From: Eledone cirrhosa
Lineage: Eukaryota
Direction: 5' to 3'
Assembly (NCBI GenBank): GCA_964016885.1
Contig: OZ024746.1
Location: forward strand, 37,262,001 to 37,326,000
DNA: 64,000 nt
Of this stretch, positions 31,381 through 46,820 are shown one piece after another. The translations under genes were made by a program, and so were the position numbers. The stretch's first letter is position 1. Each line of letters opens with the position of its first letter. Under the pieces are notes generated by a model. The model was given only the letters and a program-made list of their open reading frames with translations. It was not told where the DNA came from and did no database searches.

Positions 31381-32260
31381 TTTCTTTATTTACCATAAAG
31401 GCATGAAAAGAAGGGACAAATACAAAGGGGGAGTTTACATACAATCGAGTAAAAAGGGTATGACATGAAAATAATCGAAAATAACCTCAAAAGGGAGGGG
31501 ACGTGATGGGGGTTGCATCCCCCCCCCCCGAAAAAGTGTGCAATCCTTTGCCCGGGGAGCACATGGAGAAGGTGCTCCCCTCTCCTTTACTTCTTTACCT
31601 ACAGGATGGTATACAGAGAAGGCCCATTTACACGAGCCATTCTCGCCACTATCACCCACCGTTCATAAAACTGCCTGTGGCCAAGCACCTCTCTCTCCAT
31701 TCTTATCCTTCTTCCTAAGTGATATCGGAAGAAGTAGACCAGACTATGGCCAGAGAGGTAGTTGCCTGACCTCAGACCTTTCAATCGTGTCCACCAAACA
31801 ACCTCTTTCAACATGGCTATTACGCACAGAAAAACCGCCTTTGCTTCCTTTGTGAAGAGGGGAGGCGGTTTGATTGTCATCACGGACTCGGCGGTCAATT
31901 GAATCGGCGCCACCCGCGACAGCAGTCGTTCTGCGTAGCCCCACAGATCAGCCACGCCCGGACATTGCACCAATGCGTGCGCAACGGTTTCTTCGTGACG
32001 CACGCATCTAGGGCAAAACTTTTTTGAGGGATCCCTGCCCGGGCGCCCATGTCTGTAGAGCCTCTCTCGAACGGGTAGAGCCCCTCGGTAGCACTGCCAG
32101 GCCAGTGACTTCTGGAAGTTGTCCATTGGTCCTGGGCCGAAAGTCCTACCGAACAGGCTGGCCAGTTCATCTTCTTCCATGTCCAGCGACTCTCCAAGGG
32201 TGTCATCGCCTCTGCTAGCCACCAGCCCTCTATAGAATGATGAGGTGGATTCTCCACCGA
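31381..32260 (-). mobile_element. Tx1/L1-clade LINE 3' end with CCHC zinc knuckle
   Basis: ORF 31599-32222 has LAWQCYRGALPVRERL...CPRC...ETVAHALVQCP..W. The 3' UTR ends with AATAAA a few nt before a (TC)n run on the minus strand. Confidence 0.85.
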
Positions 32261-32644
32261 TAAGTCTGTGTGCGTTTATGTGTAGATGTATCTATAGGCA
32301 GAATTAGTGAATTATAAGAACCGTTAGAACTTTGGACAGAATACCTTTCCGTAGTTTATCCTTTCGCGATAAAGGACGTACCAGTCCAGTACAGGAGGTG
32401 ACTTCATTCTGTATATCACTTGCAAACAGACAATTCCTATTCCTCCACTTCTTTTAAGAACTCCTCCGTGTTAGAGAACTTGTTATGTAATGGTCTCAGC
32501 GCCATTACAACTACAGGTTTTACGGATCGATACCCACAGAGACAGAGTCACACAGCCAGACACATATATATATATATATATATATGTGTGTGTATGTGTG
32601 TGTGTGTGTGTGCGTGCGTGTTTGTGTGTGTGTGTAGATATGTG

Positions 32645-32724
<80 letters not shown>

Positions 32725-33534
32725 CGTGTGTGTGTGTGCGTGTTAGTGTGTGTGTAGCTATGTGTATGTATATATATATATAATATATATATATTATATA
32801 TATATAAGTCTAGTGTGTGTGTGAGTGTGTATGCATAGGAATATATGTGCTTTTATGTTTACATATATATATTTTCAGTACCTTGTTAAGTCTTAATTGT
32901 GTGTCTGTCTCTTCTAGTAGGTCAGTGTCCATGGCGTGTAGTGAAATTCTTACAACCAAGAAGTTTTTCATATAAAATATATGCTTACTTTCCTTCGTTT
33001 CCTTTCCGCATTTCTCTATTGACGATGTAGTCATGCTGTTCACATAAATGTACCTCTCGATGGTTCTTCTGATATTAATTGTTTCTACTATTGGCACAAC
33101 GATACTATTGTCACAACTATAATAATTTGGATAAATGAAGATGTCTTAGATGATGATGTTGATGATGATTGTTAAAATATTAGGATGGTTTTGGTGATGA
33201 TTATGATGATTACGATGATGAGAACGATGGTGAGGTATTGCATACTTGTATTTCCTAAAATTTACGTAGATTTCAGATTATGGGAGACGTAATTGTTGGG
33301 TTAATTTGTGTCATGTTGGTTTCGGTCCTACAAAGCAAAAGCATACTGTTTAGTAACAGATGCTCAAACTTTAAGAACAGAAGGTAGTATAAAAGAGAGA
33401 CGTAATGAGCAGTACAATATACAAGACGAGGCAGAAATTCACGCAACAAGCAAGGAAGTAAACGGAGAACATCTGCATAAAGAAAGTAAGAGAAAATGTA
33501 TAAACCTCTCGTTACAACACAACGGAAAATACTG

Positions 33535-33571
<37 letters not shown>

Positions 33572-33659
33572 TTGTGTGTGTCTGTATATGTGTGTATGTG
33601 TGTGTGTGTATATATATGTGTGAGTGTGTGTTATATACATATGTATACGTATATATATA

Positions 33660-33740
<81 letters not shown>

Positions 33741-33901
33741 CAACACATATATATACATGTATATAATATATGTATATACATGTATATATGTATAATATAT
33801 ATATATATATATACGTAACATATGTATGTAACACACACTCACACACACAAATACATATATATACATATATACATATATATACATATATATATATATACAT
33901 C

Positions 33902-33954
<53 letters not shown>

Positions 33955-35923
33955 ATTTATGTGTGCGTATGTTTGTATGAGCCAGCTCTCTTGTAGACAC
34001 ACACACACACATTTGAAAATATAGGCATTAAGAAAGTGAGTGAGAACAAAATGTCCAATCTTCAGCAGGTATAAAGAGATATCTACCAGTTTTATGATCC
34101 ATTTCGTTGGATGTGATGCGTTTTTCGTAATTTATTTGGCGAAGTTTCAGGATGTGCATTACAAAGAGGCTACGTTTGAGATTAGCTAATATAATTGGTT
34201 TTGCACTTTCTACGGACAGAAACTATCATAAAAATGGTTAGCTCCCCTTCCCTTGTTTTATGGCCTTCTAGAATCCTCAATAAAAGTTTCTTATCAAAAT
34301 AAAACGAGTAGTAGGAGAGGTGATAGATTGAAAGGAAATAGAATCAGCACAACGAAAATGCTCATAATGGTATGGACCATTGTTGGCAACGACCTTTTGC
34401 TACGAAACGAAAGATAAAGAACTCTTTTCATATTTAAATTGCTACAAATAACAACGGGTTCGTAATTAACTTTAATTCTTCGCAATAAATGTGAAGCTAT
34501 TCGAAACTCTCAATATAGAATACATCGTGACAAAAAAAATAATAACTGATAATAAATAAATAAAGGAAAATAAAATCAGGAGAAAAATATACAAATAAAT
34601 TATAGAAAATGGTATTGGTTTATATAGTTATCATCGGTAGGGCTATTATTATGAGTTTGCTTGATTTAAGGAACACTCTCCTATGTCGGATTTAACAATA
34701 GCTTAAAAAAGATCAAAGCTTTTATTCCGAGCATTCAACGGTTTTGATGAGTAAATGCTAGGAGCGTTTGTGGAATTTCGGGGAAGTAAAAGGTTTTCTT
34801 AATACAGGGAATGTTAATAGAATGCCATACGAAAAACATACACAATTAATATGATAATGCAGCCATTTCCTTTATGTTCGAACCCGCATAGAGAAAACCT
34901 CTTATTAAAAATGAGACATTGTGGGAAATGGATGGATTGTTAGATAGATGCCCATATATTGATGATTATGCTGAATAAAAGTAATAATAAATTGAATATT
35001 TTACGTTTTAAAATCTTGGCCGTATTATTTTGAATAAATCCGTAAATTACTGCGTTATAATTTCAATATTTAATTTCATGCAATCTCATGAATGTGAGAG
35101 GCCTACCAACATAATGATGCATCAACGATATTGTTAGTTGTAATAACGTACTTAATGCATTTCTGATAGGAATGATGTTGTTAAAATTTCATTTCACAAA
35201 ATCAATTTAATTACGTTAGGTTTTCACAAAACCTAGTCTACTCCAGTAGTTCCTGCACCATACATCTAAGGGTTCAAGTGTTCCAGTTGCGAATGTTAAC
35301 ACACTCTTCTCTTCTTCTTGGGCCATCATTGGTGTCAGATGCATCAAATTAAAACGTTTATGGATTATACTGCATCTCCCCTCACTAGCTTTTCAATTGT
35401 CGATAAAAGCTGGTATACGTTTGTGGAACAAGCCACTCTATCTGAGGCCCTAAAGCATTGCTTGTTACCACACAAAGGACAGTGGGATATTATTGAAGTG
35501 TTTGATCTTCTTATTCGTGCCAGTCACCATTTGCGTACATTTCTCATCCCCGGGAAACCTAAGACACCCATAACCTCACATGTTATAAAATACACAGAAT
35601 CAGCCCAAATTTAACTCTATGCCACTGTTTCAATGAATCGTTATTTTTCTGTACACACCTACATACGCATAAACAACTACACACACACGCATATATAATA
35701 TATGTGAGGGTATTGATTGTTTTAATATTCATAACCTAAATGCGACTCATTATTATATTATATATCTATTTCATAGATATATACGTTGTCAAGGATACGA
35801 ATAACCAAGGATTCGAATAACCATACGAATAACCATTCAAATGTAATGACAATAATATTGTTAACCATTATGTCATGCAATGATATTTACAAGTACAGTT
35901 AATAAGACAGTGATTTGCGTAAA

Positions 35924-35972
<49 letters not shown>

Positions 35973-35979
<7 letters not shown>

Positions 35980-37833
35980 AGATCAAAAAGATGGTTAAAG
36001 GAGTTCCATGTATTTTATTATGCGCATTTCAAAAACAAACATCATCATGCAATAATATTTGTGTTTTCATCAGATAAAACAGGAGAACATGATATGAAGG
36101 CTAAAAAACACTTGTGGATAGTGCAGTTTTAAATCAACATATGAAAAGTGGTTTTAGATTGATGTGTGATATTGGGAAAAATATTTTATTTAGAGAGAGG
36201 GGGGTGGGTGGAAAGGATGAAAAAGGGGAGGAGATGAGAGGGAGAGATGGGTGATAGAGAGAAAAGAGATAGTTTTTATTACTGAGAGAAGATATATTGT
36301 TTTTACATAGAGAGGTTGAAAACCGTTGGAAGATAATGTATAAATTAAAAGAATTTGAAAATTAGCGAAGGGAAAGATGTGTACGAGGAAAAAAATATTT
36401 TATTTAGGGGAGGGGGGGGGGAGGATGAAAAAAGGGGGAGGAGATGAGAGTGAAGGTGGAGAGGGAGAGATGGGTGATAGAGAGAAAGAGATAGTTTTTA
36501 TAACTGAGAAAAGATATATTGTTTTACATAGAGAGGTTGAGAACCGTTGGAAGATAATGTATAAATTAAAAGAATTTGAAAATTAGCGAAGGGAAAAATA
36601 TTTGCGAGGAAAGAGAGGGAGTTTATGTATGAAGATAGAGAGAAAAAAATACTAATTGTGGATGAATATTCTAACGTGAAAAAGGTGTATGTTGATAAGT
36701 ATTGTGGCAAATTCAAAATTAACGAAGAAAAAAAAAAAATTATTAAGGTTTGTGTGTAGAAGGATTTGAGAAAAATAATGTGAAGTTAAAGTTTGTATAT
36801 TGAAGGAATTGATAATATGTGCGAAGAACGAGTTAATATGTATTAAGAATGAGTTCGTTGATGGGGAGAAAAAAATAATAAATTAAGGATGAAATTGAGA
36901 TTAAAAAGTTTTATGATAGAGTGAAAAAAGAATAATAATTGCGGATGAATATTCTAATATTCTATTTTACTCATATCCTTCTACACACAAACCTTAATAA
37001 TTTTTTTTCTCTTCGTTAATTTTGAAATTGCCACAATACTTATCAACATACACCTTTTTCACGTTAGAATATTCATCCACAATTAGTATTTTTTTTCTCT
37101 CTATCTTCATACATAAACTCCCTCTCTTTCCTCGCAAATATTTTTCCCTTCGCTAATTTTCAAATTCTTTTAATTTATACATTATCTTGCAACGGTTCTC
37201 AACCTCTCTATGTAAAACAATATATCTTTTCTCAGTTATAAAAACTATCTCTTTCTCTCTATCACCCCGTCTCTCCCTCTCCACCTTCACTCTCACCCCC
37301 TCCCCCTTTTTTCATCCTCCCCCCCCCCCCTAAATAAAATATTTTTTTCCTCGTACATATCTTTCCCTTCGCTACTTTTCAAATTCTTTTAATTTATACA
37401 TTATCTTCCAACGGTTTTCAACCTCTCTATGTAAAACAATATATCTTCTCTCAGTTATAAAAACTATCTCCTTCTCTCTATCACCCATCTCTCCCTCTCA
37501 TCTCCTCCCCTTTTTCATCCCCCCCCCTCTCTAAATAAAATATTTTTCCCAATATCACACATCAATCTAAAACCACTTTTCATATGTTGATTTAAAACTG
37601 CACTATCCACAAGTGTGTTTTAGCCTTCATATCATGTTCTCCTGTTTTATGTGATGAAAACACAAATATTATTGCATGATGATGTTTGTTTTTGAAATGC
37701 GCATAATAAAATACAGGGAACTCCTTTAACCATCTTTTGATCTTATATTAGTATACTCCAGTCCTACAAACTGTAGAGTGCTTCTTAGCCGATATCTACA
37801 TTGCTTTATTGTACTACAATAAAACTCACCTCC

Positions 37834-37836
<3 letters not shown>
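35973..37836. repeat. Fold-back element with ~800-bp arms, HHR in each arm and an 86-nt tail
   Basis: 35973-36777 is the reverse complement of about 36963-37750. Each arm has an internal ~215-bp tandem duplication. (TA)n on both sides. Confidence 0.92.
36013..36079 (-). ncRNA. Type I minimal hammerhead ribozyme, intact core
   Basis: TTTTAT-CTGATGA-long stem II-GAAA-T(GCGC)A-TA-ATAAAA. The mirror copy at 37645-37711 (+) has GTGATGA. Confidence 0.88.
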
Positions 37837-37867
<31 letters not shown>

Positions 37868-38253
37868 AAAAAGTATGAACCCGACGGCAGAGCTCAAGCC
37901 GTTTCGACGGCTATTTCTGTACACAGTCCAGAAATAGCCGTCGAAACGGCTTGGTCTCTGCCGTCGGGGTTGTACTTTTTCCTATTCCCCACTCTACTAC
38001 CCTAAGTATTGAGTACTCTGGTGCATTATGGTCCATCTGGTTTATTACCACAATTCGTTTGTTATATATATATTTATATAATACTATTTATAGTTTTGTA
38101 TATACTATAAACAACTATAAATAGGAAAGGTCAGTAATTTCCTACTACCTTATTACCAGTAAGCGGAATAGCTCAATGTAAGAACATCAGGTGCTTTACA
38201 GAATAGGAAAATAAATTAGACACTTATCAAAGTTGTATTCAAATCATTTAATA

Positions 38254-38297
38254 GCTGACAATCGTTTCTTCCAAACGAAGTTTGGAATCATCGGAGC
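38254..38297 (-). ncRNA. Hammerhead ribozyme with variant core CCGAUGA
   Basis: GCT-CCGATGA-TTCCAAAC(TTC)GTTTGGAA-GAAA-C(GATT)G-TC-AGC. The second copy at 40094-40138 (+) keeps the same variant. Confidence 0.75.
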
Positions 38298-38861
38298 ATT
38301 ATCAATATTTGTACAATATAATTAACTTCCTATTCAACTGAACAATCGTTTAGATACATATAGATTGATGTTGTAAGCAACAGTTTTGTATTTACAGGGT
38401 GTACTTGATGCGACATATATTATACGAGAATTGTACAATAATTCAAATTAAAAGCACAGAGTGCAATACATGCAACAGAAAATACAAGAGAATAGTCTAA
38501 TAATTTCGAAACTAGAACTCCTAAATAGAAAATCAGAGATATTTTCCTCATGCCAGCAGCACTACCGACACTCGTTCAATAACTTTAAACCTAGCTGCTA
38601 GTATATAACAATGTCAGATTTGAATTCCTCACCACCATTAACACTTTACATCCAGGACTTATCAGCCCCCACACCATCACACTCTTTGATCAGCTCTTTT
38701 CTCTACACAACTCCTATTTATCTCTAACCTTATACTCTACAATAACTATTAGAATTAAGCATAAAGTAACCAGCTTTTGATATAACGACTTTTGCTTAAT
38801 TATAGTATATACAATAATGGATATATAATATGTAGAGGCATTTAATGTAATATGTAATAAT

Positions 38862-39049
38862 TTTTTCTACGTTAAGCACAAGGCCAGCAAATACCCAGTG
38901 CATCACTGGTACTTTATTTTATCGATCCCGTAAGGAGGAAAGGCAAAGTTAACCTTGGCGGGATTTGAACTCAGAATGGCAAGGGCCGTAACTCTATACG
39001 TCAAAGCATGGCATCCGACCCTCTACCAATACTGCCAATCCACCGCCCC
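38862..39049 (-). mobile_element. tRNA-derived SINE with 17-bp target-site duplication
   Basis: Full copy flanked by ATGTAATATGTAATAAT at 38845-38861 and 39050-39066. Confidence 0.92.
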
Positions 39050-40176
39050 ATGTAATATGTAATAATAAATTATATATACATTTATGATTAAATGTTTAAA
39101 TTAATAGCAAGGATATAAGGGATTTACTTTTAACACACTATAATAATAATTGTTTCTACTTTAGGCACAAGGCCAGCAATTATCCCAGTCTATTACTGGT
39201 ACGTTATGTTATCGACCCCGTTGGACATGTTAACAGCTATACAATTTTCCATAACATATATCTTGTCCAGTAATGAATAGATAACAATCTAATTAGACCT
39301 TTAATGTATTATAGGAAAATAGATTGTATTTAAAATTAAGTATAGATATATAACATTATGTAATAGAGATGCACTTGTATCACATTATAATGTGTATTAG
39401 AACAAAGAGTTTAAATAATTTACTTTAATTAGCTAGTTACCTCCCCTTACACATTAGCTCCCCTTAATATTAGATCTCATACTTACTTCCGGAAATTAAA
39501 CCGTTGTAAAAAATATCTGTTGATCAACTCTTATTCATGAATAAGAATACAATAAGACCAATTTACAATCCATTTCTGTAACTAACTTAAAACTTTCAAT
39601 ATAAACATTAACTAAAATATAATTCAACATATGTAACGGAAAGGACTACAATAACTTTGATTTTCTAAATTTTTCACACACAAATTCGAACACTATCAAC
39701 ATATTACATCCGCCATAAATTTTAATACATTAACATATTTGCTCACCATACAGTATTTATTTATTTATTTATCTATATATGCATAATTCCTTCTTATATA
39801 TGATTAACGCGTGTGCACTCTCTACACGCGTGCATATGTACTGCTAATGTACTCTTTTTTCTCAATGCATCTTTATCAATGCCTTTAATTATTAGACTAT
39901 TCGCTTGTATTATCCGTGGCATGTATTCCACTCTGTGATTATACTTTGAATTCTTGTACAATTCTCGTATAATATATGTCGCATCCAGTACACCCTGTAA
40001 ATACGAAACTGTTGCTCACAACATCAATATATATGTATCTATATGATTGTTTAGTTGAATAGGAGGTTAATTATATGTACAAACATTGATAATCCTCCGA
40101 TGATTCCAAACGAAAGTTTGAAAGAAACGATTGTAAGCTATTAAAAATTTGAACACAATTTTGATAATTTTCTAAG

Positions 40177-40235
<59 letters not shown>

Positions 40236-40918
40236 GTAATATATATACACGTATAATAATCGATCTCATGTTTGTACTTTGGGCCAAAAGGTCTGGAATT
40301 TTCCAATGAGCTCTTATTGAAGCCAACTCTGGTGTTTTACGGACACGACGTCAACATTTGTGTGCCAAAGTAAATATATGAATGCTTGAGAATGTGTGTG
40401 GTGGAGAGTGGTGTCATGGTGCATGGAATTAATTAAATATTCAGAATTAAATATTCAGAACTAATATACCGAGCCATAACTATAGTGCCTGACGTTATGT
40501 ATATTTATAATTTAGAACATAGTGTACCTACATCCTTCGTCGGTAACATATTTCTTTCATCATCTCTAACATATTACCTTAAGCGTGTTTCCAATTTGTT
40601 ACAATAAGCAGCGTAAAACTATATAAAATGATTTATCAACACGTCTAACACTAAGTTGATTCTCAGTTTTTATGATGTAGAGACATCAATACACACATAT
40701 ATAAATATATATGTATAGGAGGCCTGAATTCCTTTTGAATTCATTGTCCTGCGCATGTATTGTTTTTTTGGCGGTAATATACTTAGTTATTTTTGAATCA
40801 GTTTGAGTATTTCTTTAGAACTGCTGGAGTAGCAACCTAACAGATACCTCAGGCACTGATGGTGATTATCGCTAAACACTGATATTGATTAGATTATCAA
40901 TATTAGTATTATTGGACA

Positions 40919-41045
40919 CCCACTGAAGAATTATAAGAGCCCACTTGAATATGTATCTGTTGATCTTATACAAGCTCCTACACAAATTGGTATTATTTCA
41001 CCCAAGTTGTAGGAATCTTATAATGAAACGAGACGTCCGTCTGGG
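40919..41045 (+). ncRNA. Hammerhead ribozyme with extended stem II
   Basis: CCCA-CTGAAGA-ATTATAAGA...TCTTATAAT-GAAA-CG(AGA)CG-TC-[CGTC]-TGGG, with a 4-nt duplication at the cleavage site. Confidence 0.75.
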
Positions 41046-42146
41046 AAGAGATATATTCGATATGTCTCATATAAAATAATACAGCCAATTTTCCACACAA
41101 TTCGATTAGTTAGCACCACGAACGTTTAATTAGGAATATATTCACTTATGTCCTAATGTTTGTTGAGTGAGTTGGAATTTGGCCGGAGTATCGCTAAACG
41201 ATTTCACTGATAATGTATTTAAAGTGCTTGTTTTGCATATAACAACTTTCCGCACATTAATCTCATATAAATAAGACACACGTGCATGTTCCACGTGTAA
41301 CTATTGCATACACTAACTACTTCAAACTATCCTCTTGCATTATCTTCGTAAACTGCCGATGTTGTATTTTAACTTTAATTTTGTTTTAATTTTCTTTTAA
41401 TATGATTTTAATTTTTGAATGTAAATTGCCACGCTAAAATATTATAATGGGTTTCACCCCACTCTACATCGATATATACAGATGTTTCTGTATGTCTCTT
41501 GTGTTGGAAAGGAGGTCATGTATGTAAACAATCATTGAAAAAATTGCTCCGAAGAATACAAACCTCGGTTTGGACGAAACAATTGTAAGCTAATAAATGG
41601 TTTGAACAGAACTTTGATTCATGTGATATATATATATATATATGTGTCGGGGGGGGGGGGGGATAACAAATTATATTTATAGGTAATCCAGTTAGAGCTT
41701 GTGAATACTCCGTATTCTGGATAGTTATAACGTACCGCGTTGTTTGACTCAACAAGAGGTTTCCTTAGGTAGCGAGTTTGCAAGTTCTAGGGATTCCTAT
41801 GCAGGTTAATCTTGGAGTAATAATAGTGAAAGAATGAGGAATAACATGGTCAACAGTACAAAAAGGGTTGTATTTACAGTATTAATAATTGATTCATTGA
41901 TTAAGTTGTCTAAAAATTGCTAATCACTTGAAGTTGTGTCACTCAATTTTAAATACAATGTATGCTTAATCAAATCATCGGAAAAACTGATTAAAATTAT
42001 ACTCGGCGTTTGTAATATACTAGGAAAATTCAAATCACAAGATCAGTAATAAAGAAAGAAAAAGAAAAAAAGAAAAAGTGAGAGAGAAAAAGAAATAAGA
42101 AGTAAAAAGAAAAGAGAAAAAAAAGATGAAGAAAAAATAATAAATA

Positions 42147-42338
42147 AATAACTGTTTCTACTTTTTGGCACAAGGCCAGCAATTACCCAGTGCATTACTG
42201 GTACTTTATTTTATCGAACCCATAAGGATGAAAGGAAAAGTTAACCTCGGCGGGATTTGAACTCAGAATGGCAAGGGCGGTAACTCTATGCGTCAAAGCA
42301 TAGCGTCCGACCCTCTACCAATACTGCCAATCCAACGC
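42147..42338 (-). mobile_element. tRNA-derived SINE
   Basis: Full copy of the same family with A/T-rich direct flanks. Confidence 0.9.
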
Positions 42339-42546
42339 AAAATAATAAATAAATAATAATAAATAAGTTACAATGAAGATGGCAAAAAATAAATAAAAAA
42401 TTGTATACGTGAGTGAAGAAAAGTGAACATAATATGATTGTTGAAATTAGTTGTGGTGGTAGTGGTGCTGCTGCTGCTGGTGCTGGTGCTGGTGCTGGTG
42501 CTGGTGGTTAAAATATAAAGATGTGATGGTATAAACATGAAAATAC

Positions 42547-42608
<62 letters not shown>

Positions 42609-42789
42609 TTAAATTAATAAATTAATTAATAGGAAATTATGTTAGAAATGAAGAGAACAACGATAGGATATAATGGCAGAGGTGAAATAATTTTAGGGAA
42701 AGAGGGTGAAAGAAAGAAAAATTAGGAGGTTATGATGTTGATTCAGTGATTAGTTGATTTATTGACAGTTAACAATAATACTAGGTCAT

Positions 42790-43302
<513 letters not shown>

Positions 43303-43826
43303 TTTTATCTGGCTCCCGCTATATTTGACTCTGCCTACATCATTCACATTCGTTGATATTATTCTTAAACTGTCACCTCTGAAATCCTTTACTGTCTACA
43401 ACTACAGTTATTTGCATTATTTGCATTGCTTATATATTGTGTTATCTTTTATGTTTCCTTTTTATTGTTATCCTTATTTTTATCACCCCCTATTTTATTC
43501 TCATATTTTATTCTCATTTTTATTTTTATTATTTTTATTATTTTTTTTATATGTTCTTATATTATCATCCCTGTATTGTTATCTTTATTTCATCCTTACT
43601 TCTAGACACTACCCTTTACGTTTTATCTCTTATCTTTAATTTCCTTATCTTTTAATTTCCCTTATCTTTAATTATTGTAACTGATTTTGGTCTTATATGT
43701 ATCGGCTTCTAGCGGTGACGCGTCGTCCAAGTACCCCGCTCTTCTTAGTCCTCTATGCTACATATGGATCGTTCTTGTGATATAGGTCGGTAGAGTTTAT
43801 ACTATTGATCTAATTCATCATTATAA

Positions 43827-43872
43827 CGTCTGTTGAGTCCTGTAATTATGCAAGGACGAAACACTGTCAGCA
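43827..43872 (+). ncRNA. Decayed hammerhead ribozyme related to 4490-4532
   Basis: CTGTTGA-GTCC...GGAC-GAAA-C(ACT)G-TC-AGCAAATAAAGAT. The downstream tail resembles the reverse complement of 4172-4320. Confidence 0.7.
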
Positions 43873-44021
43873 AATAAAGATTAATTGATGATGTAAGCGC
43901 TCTTTGTTTTTGTTTCATATAGCGGCTCTGCTTTCAAGCATTGAGCTAATTAAATAGTGTCATAAATTCGACAGGACTACTGTATCTTATACACACGTAC
44001 TGTTGCTAAACATAATAGCTG

Positions 44022-44116
<95 letters not shown>

Positions 44117-44127
44117 ATGTGTGTGTC

Positions 44128-44540
<413 letters not shown>

Positions 44541-44544
44541 TATG

Positions 44545-44606
<62 letters not shown>

Positions 44607-45364
44607 ACGGCAATGAATTTATTTTGCGAGGTTTTTGATATGGAATGGTGTGCCGAAACAAAATTGTTATAGTTGGGGAGGGTCATATTGCTGTAAGAAT
44701 ATTGCCAGAAATAATAACAGAACACATGCACTGGTTGGTTGGTTTCCGCTTCTGTATCTTTTATATCTCCACAGTTAATTCATTCGCAATGTTTACCATT
44801 GATTGACTAACGCTCAAAAATACATATATAATATAGATATAAACTCATATATATAATCTAACAAAGTTATTTCTTTGCACATCTGCAAAATCATCACTGG
44901 TACTATTAAGTTCCTCCTGTTGTATTGTATGTCTACGCTATTTTCATTTTATCTGTTTATTTATTTATTTATTTATTCGTATGTGGCTTCTTCTCTGCGC
45001 ATGCGTTTGCGTGTGTGTATAGTGTTTGATGTGTGTTCGCGTTTGGGTGACAGTGTTTTGGTTATTGTATTCTGTCTTAGTTTACTAGTCTGTGTTTATA
45101 TGCGGGTGTTGTTATTGTGCTTGTATAAATATTTATTTATTTATATATTTACTTCTTGTCAAAGTCAAGTCTTTCATAAGGATAGTGGTCAAGATGATAT
45201 ATATAATTATATTAATAATAAACAGATTCAGTATTACAGAGAGGAGGAAGAGATCTGTTGCATATATACTACCTATTCCGAGATCGTATAGCGAACAATT
45301 ACAATTCTCTACATGCTATAATACATGCATATAACTTTATGCGTATGTAATTGTGTGTACTTGC

Positions 45365-45394
<30 letters not shown>

Positions 45395-45404
<10 letters not shown>

Positions 45405-46745
45405 AATGAATAATAACAGGTAGACATCATAAAAAGGTAGTCTATTCCGTGTGCTTACAAGTGTTTCCACGGTGGTACTGCAGCCTAGTTCCGCTACGAA
45501 CTGCCATCTACCTGAAAGATGTCCATTGTAGAATGAATGCCTAAAGTCCAACATTGTTTACCAATGCACGGTTGAATCGGACGACCAGAAATGGTATTAT
45601 ATCGGATCTACCACCACATCGTTTAAATCTCGCTGGTACCGTCATCGATTCTCAATCAAACATCAGAATCACCGTTTTGTGACCACGCTCGCCAACAAGA
45701 CCTGGCAACTCCGTGAACACAACCAACAGTTCACCCGTGAACACAACCAACAGTTCACCTTAAAATGGGATATACTTTCCAGCGCAAATGCATATCGGAG
45801 TGGTTTGAAGTACTGCAGGTTATGTAACCTTGAGCTATTTTACATACTAAAATCCAAAAACAAACTACTTAACGATAGAATTGAACGATCATTATACTGC
45901 AACCACAAACTAAAAGCTAAATTCTCTCACTATAAAATAACTTAACATTCGAACCCGTAACTACAACACCACTTTCTAGCTAACAACCTTCTCTTCTCCC
46001 CCACACTACAAGACAATACACTGCTTATCACTATACATGGTAACTCAGTACAATTCCTAGATTACTACTACAAAACCAAAAGTTCACTCACCACATATAC
46101 TTTATCTGTCCCCTCTCTACCTATATATCTCTCTCTACATCCATTACACTCTCTCTCTCTCACCTTTGACCTACCTCCCTCTCAACATCTATGAACTTGA
46201 CCTCTGGGGCAATAAATAATTCCGACCTCAACTATCTACGCATCTCTCCAAAAGTAACTAATAAAACCCCTACCATAACATTTTGATTAAGATATCTACA
46301 AGCCACTCTCTGCTACTTCTCCAACCCCTGCATATCTTTCCTTCTCTCTCCATCTTCCCTACTTTTCTCTCTTCCTGTTCCACTCTATCTTCCCCAACAA
46401 CCCCACTTAAGGGTTTTTACATTGTATATTTACCATTCTGCTCTGAGGAAACAGTGGTCACAGCATTGGATATTCGAGTTCTGCAAATACTTGTGAATTT
46501 GCACGTAGCGGAACTAGGCTACAGTACCACCGTGGAAACACTTGTAAGCACACGGAATAGACTACCTTTTTATGATGTCTACCTGTTATTATTCATTCTT
46601 TATATACACTCCGGAATACTGAAGGATCAGGAACTAAGTTTCTTGAACAATTCTTCCATAACTCGTAGAGTAACCTCTTACCGTACGTCAACCATATCCA
46701 GTGTAGTAATTAACCATCACTGCATCTTGGATAATCCTATACCTA
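45395..46745 (+). mobile_element. 5'-truncated Naiad-type PLE with inverted terminal copy
   Basis: 45499-45945 encodes NCHLPERCPL*NECLKSNIVYQC...YIGSTTTSFKSRW...CRLC...CNH, with a 21-bp tandem duplication near 45711-45755. HHR at 46439-46550. Segment 45395-45498 is the reverse complement of about 46504-46607. Confidence 0.88.
46439..46550 (+). ncRNA. Hammerhead ribozyme in the 3' terminal region of the 45.4-46.7 kb PLE
   Basis: TGCT-CTGAGGA-long stem II (AC.GTGGT...ACCAC.GT)-GAAA-C(ACTT)G-TA-AGCA. Confidence 0.8.

Positions 46746-46818
<73 letters not shown>

Positions 46819-46820
<2 letters not shown>

Noticed and set aside
43700-43750. GC-rich patch considered as a twister ribozyme
   Set aside because: Conserved twister residues and pseudoknots could not be matched.
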